Origin: Peribolospora baueri
Lineage: Eukaryota
Assembly (NCBI GenBank): GCA_029717555.1
Contig: JAMDHS010000050.1
Coordinates: forward strand, 1-64,000
Direction: 5' to 3'
Length of the DNA stretch: 64,000 nt
The notes under the pieces were generated by a model, which was not told where the DNA came from, made no database searches, and was given only the letters and a program-made list of their open reading frames with translations. The position numbers were made by a program, and so were the translations under genes. This document shows, piece after piece, positions 11,336-20,723 of the stretch (position 1 is its first letter; the number at the start of each line of letters is the position of its first letter).

Positions 11336-14300
11336 ATGCCACAACAGGCGGACAAGTCCGCGGCGTTTAGCCTTCTTATTGCCCTCTGGCTTGCAACACT
11401 AGCTTGCGCAAGCGGAGGGGGACGCCTGAGCTGGACAGACGCGAGGGCCCAAGCAAGAGCGCTTGTTGCGTGGGTGTCCGATCTGCTCAATCAGGCTCCA
11501 AGGCTATTCCTCATTTTTCCTCTTTGTTCTTTTCTCCTTTATTTTTAGCAACATGACACTCTCCGAGAAGATTGGTCTCACCACAGGGCAGGGCATTTTT
11601 TCAGGCCCTATGAGCGTCCAGCTCAAGCCTTCCGCTCTTACCATGCCTTGGCTGACACTGCCGCATACTGTCGTCCGGAAAATGGACCGGTCGTAGTGCA
11701 CGGGCAACCTTCACCCCGTCTCTCGTCTTGGAATCCCTGCCCTTTGTTTCCAGGACGGCCCTGCTGGCGTGCGCGGCGTCGGCAATGCCAGCGCTTTTCC
11801 TGTAAGGTTGAATGCCGCTATGATGTGAGTAACTCAAGGGGCGCTTGAGTAAGGGCATGGCACGGTTAATCCAAGGGACATGCACGCATGCGTGCTGGTT
11901 GGGCATGAGCACATGGCCTGTCGCAGGTCAAGAAAGTCGATCAGTCGAGTAGGGCTTCTTACTTGATATCGCCCAGCTACTGACCATAGCAACATCCGCC
12001 TAAATGCGGTGGGGAAGGAAGGGGCAAATCAGGTTCAACGCATCCAGCTTCAAAACCATCCAAGTAGAAGACTCACATCGACGGATCGGGCGAAAGGCCA
12101 AAGGTATACCTCGTGGAGGGTGCGGTCGTCAATCTGAGAGGACTCCTCATAACGCGAATGCTCTTGCTCATTGCCTACAAACTGCATACAAACATAAAAA
12201 AACGCGAGTACAAGCTACTCAGGCAATGACACTACGCAGAGGGAGCAAAGAAAGTCGCCATACATGCTTCGCAGTTGCGATCTGGAAAGATAAGAGAGCT
12301 AGCCAAAGTGAAAAGTCTCGGGCCAACGACACACGCGAGTAACCTACGCAGCCAGTAGACTGGATACCCACAATGGTCTCGTACGCCGCTTCGCCGCTCA
12401 AAAAAGGGTCTGCAGACGAGTGCAGGTGCTTCTTAAGAGATTTACCCTGCCCAATCCACTATGGTGCTGAATATGGCCACGTACCGGCACCAAAACCCTC
12501 CCAAGCTCGGCCACATTCGGGTGTGCGCATCTAGATAAACCTCGTTCCGATGTCAGGCGCATTGATTCCAAATAAAAAATCAGTTTTCACGAGTCAATCT
12601 TACAATGTTCATATCAGGGCCAAGATGAACATTGACACTGCACCATGTCAAAGCGATCAAGTAAGAAGACAATGTGACAGCGGCGTCCGTCGCCCTTGAA
12701 AGACCTACCCTTTGCCCTTAAACTCCTCGCCTAGAGCTTCTCCTCGCTTGCGCATCAGGTCGCGGTCCCACATAACAAGGCCAACTACACCTACACATGC
12801 GGCAATGAGAATCTTCTTCAGCACATCTTTAGGAGAGATATGGGCTTTAACGGCGCCGTTGTGTAATTGTTACGACTTTCCTCCATCTTTGTGCTTGGAA
12901 GCTAGTCTTAGCGCTGACGATGCCTCTTGTCTTCGCCATCACTTTCGCCCGCTAGATCTGACTGGAGGGCTACTCATGACACTGTGCGTTCGTGTTACGT
13001 GGATCAAATGGGGCTCTTTCTTATTCTTCGACTGTTTTTATTGGCCGACCACAGAAAAGCTCAATGAATGCCGGGATGGACATCGAGATGCCAGGCGGCT
13101 GTATCGTTATCGGCGGCGGGGTATATGGCGACATTCTCGCTCTCGATGGTGAGCGGCATTAACCGCCAACCTTTTAGTTCGTTTACCTAATTAGTACTGT
13201 TCACTACAGTGAACACGAAAGCCATCAACGAATCTGCTGTAGACGCAAGTAAAGGAGAGAGGGATGTCTTTACCGGATGTATCGCTGACATGGAAGAGGC
13301 CCAACGATGATGTCTGTCGTTTGTTGAAGGCCCTGGTCACGCATACGGCAGTCTAGCCGTGGTGGGTTCGGCTGCTCGCAGCAATCCCGACGGCATCAAC
13401 TCTTGCAGTGATCAGTCTTGCGACAAAGGTACTTTGGCGGTCGGATGGGGTTCGGGCTCGTCTACTTTTCCCTACCTTATCTCCCCAGCTCACGCCATCG
13501 CGATACGCTTTGAGTCTCAAGTCGGCGGTGTCCACGTCGTTCTCTGATGAGGACCATACGGAAGCAAAACAGGCGGCCGCTGGAAAAGAGGCGGCGTTTG
13601 TCTTCGTGACGAGTGACTCTGGCGAATATACGTCCACGGTTGAGGGGAACGGAATAGTTGAAGGCCGTGTACGCTGGAAGGAAATGGTGCAGTCAGCCCT
13701 GTCTTTTTCCGTCTTCAGCCCGTAACGTCCACTCACAGAGACCGAACCCAAACTCTGCCCGCGGCTCAATATTATTCAAGTCATAATGTCGGTAGTCTAC
13801 GTAGAGACCTACGCTGTAGTCTACCTTCGAGGCGAAATCACTCATGACGACGTCTGACGGGTCCGTGTGCAAAAGAGATGGATGAACTGTTGGACCGACA
13901 GCATAACTCCGTTTCCCACAAGCTCACGAGCTCCATATTCGCTGTAAGAATGGCCGATAGTGAAAGGGAGTTTCGCGTACGGGTTGTGTTGTCCCCATAG
14001 CACGTCGGCGACCGAATCTGCGGTCGAAGGAAAACAAAGCGAAGAAGGAACGTGAACCCACGCAATCACCGTGATAGGGAATCATATCCGGAGAACTGAT
14101 GGATGAGTCCCTGCCCATCTCCTGCCCATGGAAACCGGCGGACAGGACAGCAGTCACTGCCGACGGGAATGTTGCATACTTTATCAATACTCTCGTCCTT
14201 TGGGGACTTTATAACCTTTACTCACCGTTTTCATTATCAAACCATGGCTCCATGTATACTGGGCCCGGCGCGGCGATGACGACGATGGTATTGTTTTAAC

Positions 14301-14969
14301 GCTGGCACGGCTTCAATGAGCTTGTCGCCATCGTGCCAGAGATGGAGGTCGTTCCTGTCGCCCTGTTCATCAATAGCACCTCTTCTGCTAAGCGCCCGGC
14401 TCGGGCCTCAAAGCGCGCTGCGGTCCAAAAACGTCACCACCAGAACGACAGATTGTCGAAGCGCTCGACAGGAGTTGACAACGACGACCTCCAGGCCGCC
14501 TACACGGTCACCTTTACGGTGACGAATAGCGGTCAGCGAGAGGGCATGGAAATCGGTGAGCTTTTAGGGCGTCTTCAACGCAAGAGGGTGCCGTGGTTCG
14601 GAGCTGACGCTTTCAATCTAATCTGCATGATGGCATTCACAAAGCTCAACTATACCTTGGCTTTCCGCCGTATCTGGGCGAGCCACCTCGCGTCCTCCGT
14701 GGTTTCGAGGCAACTGGTCCTCTTAAACCTGGTCAGGCCTCTACAGTCACACTGACCTTGCGCGAACGGGATATCAGGTGCGGCACGGCCGAGCTTGTGG
14801 AGCGACACTTTGTCGACCGAAACGTCGTCGTTCGCTGCTGACCGCGGTGATCGTCCTATTTCGCAGTATCTGGGGGAGCTGGCGAGTTCCCGAAGGCACT
14901 GTAGCCGCCTACGTTGGAGCGTCGTCTCGCGATTTGCGGTTGAAAGGGCAGTTCACACCTAGTGCTTGA
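11336..14969 (+). pseudogene. Secreted GH3 beta-glucosidase, rearranged and disrupted (two internal inversions, a deletion, frameshifts)
   Basis: On +: signal peptide, NMTLSEKIGLTTG, RLGIPALCFQDGPAGVR, SDWRATH, NAGMDIEMPG, GWGSG..FPYL, AQLYLGFP..EPPRVLRGFE and YVGASSRDLRL. On -: [53 protein letters not shown] and YRHYD..EPRAEFGFGLSYT. Confidence 0.9.
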
Positions 14970-15830
14970 TTTTCCCCCGCTCCTATTCGTTAAATCGTCT
15001 TCATGTCGTTATTGGGCTTCAACAGCTTCCGTCCACCACTGCAGTCTGTCGATCGGCAAGGCTGCCTCGCTTCGAGGCTGTGCTCGATGACCGAGATACA
15101 TACTCAGATCAATGGCTCATCTGGGATGTGAAGCACTGCGGCCAACGCGCAAGCAGGCGCTAGATGTGTCCATGCACAAGGTCCCACAAAGTCAGCTGCC
15201 ACCGCTCAAGACGGGACGGTGGCTGTGCTGCCGGTGGCCGGGCGACCCGACGTGATGGGGACGTCCGCAGCTGCGGTGCGTGCTATGGAACGTGCCGTAC
15301 GTCGGCTTGCACACGGAACTGCCGGGCAAGGTTTCGAAGGCGGTGCGAGGATGCGAGGATGCGACGAGCAACGAAGTGTTGTTAGTTGCTATTACACCTC
15401 GTCCTTGTCGTGGGGTCTAGTAACGTCGGCCGCTTGCTTGCTTTCCCTCTATCGCTCGTTCGGACCTGTACCCTGCGCGCCCAGTCAACCCGCCGTGTCT
15501 AGCTTGTCGAGCCGACGGCTTCAAACGTCAACCCGTCCAGCTGCTGCAGGCTCATTTATAGTAGATGGTGAAGAGCTTCCTTCGCTCGACGCCGGCGAGC
15601 GTCGTCCATACACAACGTGTCGCAGCACTGCCAGCACTGCCCTCTCGGACTCAACTCAACCCGTCCGCGCCCACTTGCAGGCCTCGCCGCGGTCGGTCGC
15701 TCGGCCGGTCAGGACGGGATGGGAGTAACACCACCGACGGCGGTGCTAAGACAGCCAAGCCAGCCGGTCCTCCTCCCACAGCCATTCGTTCGTGCTCACC
15801 GTCGGCGCAGCGCAGGCTGGAAAAAGGGCA

Positions 15831-15836
15831 TATAAG
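15831..15836 (+). promoter_or_regulatory. Putative TATA box of the secreted-protein gene at 15971
   Basis: TATAAG followed by a CT-rich leader, 140 bp upstream of the ATG. Confidence 0.4.
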
Positions 15837-15970
15837 ACGCTGACGAGCGACCGTTCCCATTCCCGTCTCCTCATCAGTTTCCTCCTCTCTCAATTTCCTC
15901 TATCGCTCCTTCCTCGTCTCTCAACTCTCTCTCCCTAATCTTTTTCCTCTCCCTTTCAACAAACTTAAAG

Positions 15971-16575
15971 ATGCGTGCCTTTGCTACTCTCTTCGCCATC
16001 GCCGCCGCCGGTCTCAGCGCCGTTGCCGCCAACCCGGTGGTGTCTCGCCAGGAGGCTGCCCGCTTCGGGTCTGTCTCCGTCTCCAACGCGAACCTTCACG
16101 TCGGCGAGGTGAGCGAGCGGCCCAGCTTGGCGTGTCATTCGGTTCGCGTGGATGTGGACGAACGCTCACCGTCGCCTATCCTCACAGCCCTTCAGCGTGA
16201 CCTACAACTCGACGACCGCTCGGTACCAGCCTGAGTACGTCGACATCTACATCCAGGGCCAGAAGAACAACCAGCCCTCGACGCCCTACGTGCTCCTCCA
16301 GCGCAACAACTACTCCCCCACCCAGAAGACGCTCACCTTTGAGACTACCGTACGTGTCCGACGACCCGCATTGTCATCCTTGTCACTCGCGGTCGATCGA
16401 GCTGACCGCCGTATGTATTTCTCTGCGCATTGATCATCCGCAGGTGCCCGACGTCGGCGCCTACGAGACCAACGTCGATGGCTGGCTCTTGTGGGCCATG
16501 ACCACCTTCCCCTACGACAACGACCAGCACCTCCTCACCCAGGGCGGCATCTCCACCGGCCTCACCATCAACTGA
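15971..16575 (+). CDS. Small secreted protein of unknown function (3 exons, ~140 aa)
   Basis: Signal peptide MRAFATLFAIAAAGLSAVAA. Exons ~15971-16108, 16188-16349 and 16444-16575 join in frame with GT-AG introns. Strong C-ending codon bias. Confidence 0.8.
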
Positions 16576-16849
16576 GCGCGTATATTCCCCGCAGCGTACG
16601 TTAGCATGACACGTCGCTGACCGTACCGTCGGGGACGGCGATTCGAGCGTGCTATTTGGACACTACTTGGTTACCCTTTTTTACATGTACATCCTCTTGG
16701 GGTCAAACGTCACGGGCGGGCGGAGCCACTCATTCGTTCATTCATGTAGAATCTGAATTCTCGCCACCTGCGTGCGTTGTTCGTGCGTGTGCGAAATGAT
16801 GACTTGGCCTCCAAGATAAGGGAGAGTGTGTGCGAAACGATGAAGTGGT

Positions 16850-16979
16850 TGGTGTAGGATACGGTAAATGCCTGGCCAAACCATCTTTGCAAGAAGACCG
16901 ACGACGACGTCGGCTGGTGTAGGATACGGTAAATGCCTGGCCAAACCATCTTTGCAAGAAGACCGACGACGACGTCGGC
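16850..16979. repeat. Perfect 2 x 65-bp tandem duplication
   Basis: TGGTGTAGGATACGG...GACGACGTCGGC occurs at 16850-16914 and again at 16915-16979. Confidence 0.92.
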
Positions 16980-17410
16980 CGAGCCCGAGTCGTAGTACAG
17001 CGAGGCCTTTCTTAGCCCGGTGGGTCGATTCGGAGCCCGTGCGGAGGGACGACGGGGAATATTCTGGCGTCGTCTCGCTCCGCTCGCTCTTGGAGCCGCC
17101 GCTTCTATCCATCCTATCCTCCTCGGGCCATCTTCGTCGATCGCGACACGCACGGCCGAACATTAACCAAGCTGGTCTCGGAGGATAGTAGGCCGGACGC
17201 TCACCTCGCGTGGGGTTCCAACTATGTCCCCACCCATCTCCGTCTGTCTGTCTGTCCTACTCCGGACCTTGGAGAGCAGCGAGCGGGGTGCGGTGAATGA
17301 ACGATGGGAAAACGTCTACAAGCGCGAGTCACCCGGCAGCACCACGCACCTCGTCTGCCTACATGGGTCCGTTCAGTGACCACCAAGACGCGAGAGCTCA
17401 AGGACGCCTC

Positions 17411-17424
17411 TTGTCCTTGTCCTT

Positions 17425-17470
<46 letters not shown>
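17411..17470. repeat. (TCCTYG)n hexamer microsatellite
   Basis: TTGTCC x3 followed by TCGTCC repeats. Confidence 0.9.
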
Positions 17471-18112
17471 CCTCTCGGCTCGGCAGCGTCACCTACTTAC
17501 CTGGCCGGCTTGGCGTTCCTTGCTTCCCCGGCCGGCACACCCGTGTCCTCGTCCGTGTCCCCACGGAGCAAGCGCTTACTGTCGGGACGTGCGGCTCGCA
17601 GAGGTGAGGCGAGGCGAGGCGAGGTGTGTGTGTCACGCGGCCCACTCACGATCCCAAGTCGAGCCTGCCGAGGTGTAGTCGGACCAAGTCGTCGATATCC
17701 CCGCGTGCCACAGACACACACATGCCACTCGCCTCGCCGCTCGCGACGAGCCGATGTTTCCGATCCTCCCTCGTCCAAGTCTATCCAGGCAGTGCTGCCA
17801 CCGCCCCCCATCCTAGGCATACACGGCCAGGCCGCACTGCGACTGCGAACGGCGCCGGCGACCCCGGGACCCACCACGAGGACGCTCTTGCTCTTCTTTG
17901 TCTCACGCGGCCGTGTGACTTGCTCGGCTGTGGCAGTGCAGCGCCATGGTCAACCTCGACATCGACGTGGACGAAGGGAGCGCTGCGTGTACGCTCGCTG
18001 TGTCGTCCGTCCACCCCCACCCGACCTGAGAGCTCGGAGCGGAGAGCGGATCGAGTATGCCGGCAAGGCAGGCACACACACCATCCTCCCCCGGCTGTGC
18101 TCAGGCTGCGTC

Positions 18113-18120
18113 TATAAAAG
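18113..18120 (+). promoter_or_regulatory. Putative TATA box of the secreted-protein gene at 18221
   Basis: TATAAAAG about 105 bp upstream of the ATG. Confidence 0.45.
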
Positions 18121-18220
18121 TGCTGGCCGCGCTCCTTCTCCTTGGGAAAGCGCACCTCGCCCAGTTTCGTTCCTACCCTTACTCATCTCCTCCCCTTCGC
18201 TCCTATCCTCGAGTACAGCC

Positions 18221-19162
18221 ATGTTCTCCACGTACGTTCACTCCGCCCTCTTGGCCATCGCTCTGGCCGCCGCTTCCATCAAGGCCACACGTGAGTAGCA
18301 GGCCGGCCGCTCTCGACGCGTCTCACATCGTCATCTCACGCCGTCCCTGCTCGCAGTCCCTCTCGGAGTCCAGGTCGTTCACGACGCCGCCCCCAAGGCC
18401 GCCGGGAGACCGACCATGTCTCCTGCAGCTGCAGCGACTGGCAACTACTTCAGTGAAGACTACGATGCGCTCACCACGTCCGATCTGCTCTCCGTGCCCA
18501 CCTGCAACGGCGGTTTTGACATCTCCGTCCTCCAGGCTTACGACGCCGGGCCTGGCATCTCCTACTTGCAGTACAGCGAGACCTCGGGTCCGGCGTACAA
18601 CTGGCAGTTCATCAACAACTCTACCCTCGTCAACGCCGCCAACGCCGGAAAGACGGACCCTCAGGGTAACCTTCTGTTGAGCGGAAACGTCATCCAAGCT
18701 CCTCCCGACGGCTGCCAGAGCCAGGGTAGCGCGCCTCCGGAGGGCGTGCGCATCTTTGCGCAGAGCCAGTACCAGGTGCGTTCCCCCCGTCCTCTCGCCA
18801 ACGTTCGGCCACTAAGCTGACCGTCAGTCCGCGTTCCGCCGCGCAACCAGACGTTCGACATGCTCAAGTTCGACTACGGAATCCCCGCCGACGCGCCCAC
18901 GCTCAACAACTGCGTCCTCAAGGGTGTAAAGTCGGGTTATACGGACGACAACCCGACGGTATCGACGATGCTTGGCACCAACAACAACGGCCAGATTGCT
19001 CCCGCTGGAGCTTCCAACGGTGGGCCATACATGTGGGTCATCCCCACCGGATCGGACGCCGGACTTTGGCAGGGGCTTGAGCACATTACGATCAAGTGCG
19101 ACGGCGTGTACCAGATCCTCATCGACCGGTTCCAGTACTACACCCCGGCCCCCACTTCGTAG
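18221..19162 (+). CDS. Secreted protein of unknown function (3 exons, ~265 aa, 4 Cys)
   Basis: Signal peptide MFSTYVHSALLAIALAAASIKA. Exons ~18221-18290, 18357-18774 and 18851-19162 join in frame (ORFs 18416 and 18860). Confidence 0.8.
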
Positions 19163-20723
19163 TCCCTCCCTCCCCTCTACGCCGGGCCACCTGTGACATG
19201 GACCATCGCGGCGATTTTTGTTGTTGTTTCTTCTTTCACCTTTTTTTTTTATCGTGTCGTGTCGATCAGGAAAACGGACCTTGGTTCGCCCTCGTGTACT
19301 CTATACTCTAGGGTACCCCGACGGCGTCCTTTTTTGAAATGTCAATATCAATGGACTCTTACACTCGCCCCGTTTACGCGTATTACATCACTTCGACTGA
19401 CTTGGCCTGGCCTGGCTTGACGCGACCGACGCGGTGGCGGTGTAAGAGATGAGATGAGCACGCGGTTTGTCTTCCTCTCGTCGTCGTCGTCGGTCGGGCA
19501 ATTGCGGCATTGAAGAAGCGTGATCGTCCATCCCATCCCATCCCACCTGCCTTGGCGAAGAAATCCATCCGCCTTGGTAAAGAAAGAGGACGGGACGGGC
19601 CAGGCCGGTGGACAGCGGTCCTTGAGGTGGGCCCACACCGCTGCGCAGGTCCCACCCACCTGCCTACCCAAAGTTTCTGATTTTCATCCCGCGAGTCGAG
19701 CGAGGGGCACCTTTCCCGCTCTCGCCGCTAGCTAGTTAGCTAGCTAGCTATCATCATCATGTTCGTTTCGGTTTGAGTGAGCAAACGACGGAATCGTCGG
19801 AGAAACGCCATAATAGGTCCGTCGTCGAAGCGACCATATTTGTGTCTGGCAAAAAAGACTGATACCTTACTATATACGTTACACAAACTTCCATGGAAAA
19901 AAAGCATTAGGGTACAGAAGGACAATGGGACGGGCGCGCTTCGTCTCTTACCGACAACGACGACGACCGCGGCGAGATTCTTACCAGAGGCAAGCCCTCG
20001 CCGAGCTCGGGCAAGAGGCCTTGTCGCTCGAGCTCGCGGTTGGTGCTCGCGAGCTTGCGAGCGAGCTCCTCTCGGCGAGCCGGTTCGACGGGCGTTATGA
20101 CGAGAAAGAGCGGCTGCCAACCGAGTTTGTCTTTGATGCGCCGCTTCCGCGCCGTTGCGCTCCACCCGAGCGGCGGCCAGCTCTCCGCCTTTGAACTTGG
20201 CCCGCTCATGCTTTCGTGCCCGCTTGGCCGTCATGCGCACTCGAACTCGGTCCTTCCAGCGCTGGGATGTTAGATGTGAGACGGTATGCTCTCTGCCTTC
20301 GGCTGTCCTAGATAGCTCTCCTGTTCCTGATCCTATGAGTTAGTGGCCGGTGGCTGTGCCGTGCGGCTCGGTGCGCCCTACCTGAGATTTTCCCTCTCCC
20401 AGCGCAGGGCAATCATTTATATTGAGCGGAGCGACAGACAGTAGAAGGACCACCCGCAACGCTCGCTCCAGTCTGTCCTGGAAAGTTCTTTCTTTTTGTT
20501 TTTTTTGCGGCTCGTAGCTGGCCACGACTCCAACTGTCGACGACGTTCGCATACCCATCTCAGGACCGCGCCGCCATGACAAGCACACTGACAGGCATTT
20601 ACAAGAGCCTCAACGAGAGAGAAGAGAGAGCTGGTATTGATAATCTAAACAGGCTCGCAGGGGGTGGGGGGTCGCTACAACTCCTAATAACGATTCAAGA
20701 CACACGTCTCCGCCCATCCGCCA

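Noticed and set aside
11844..14360. A second, antisense GH3 gene nested in the first
   Set aside because: The minus-strand blocks supply exactly the parts missing from the plus strand, with no duplicated motifs and no own start or stop. They are inverted pieces of one gene.
16850..16979. CRISPR-like array
   Set aside because: Only two abutting copies with no spacer, in a eukaryotic context with no cas genes.
17297..18220. 333-aa ORF 17297..18298 as a gene
   Set aside because: Low-complexity GC-rich frame built on a microsatellite and promoter DNA. Only its last codons coincide with the real first exon at 18221.
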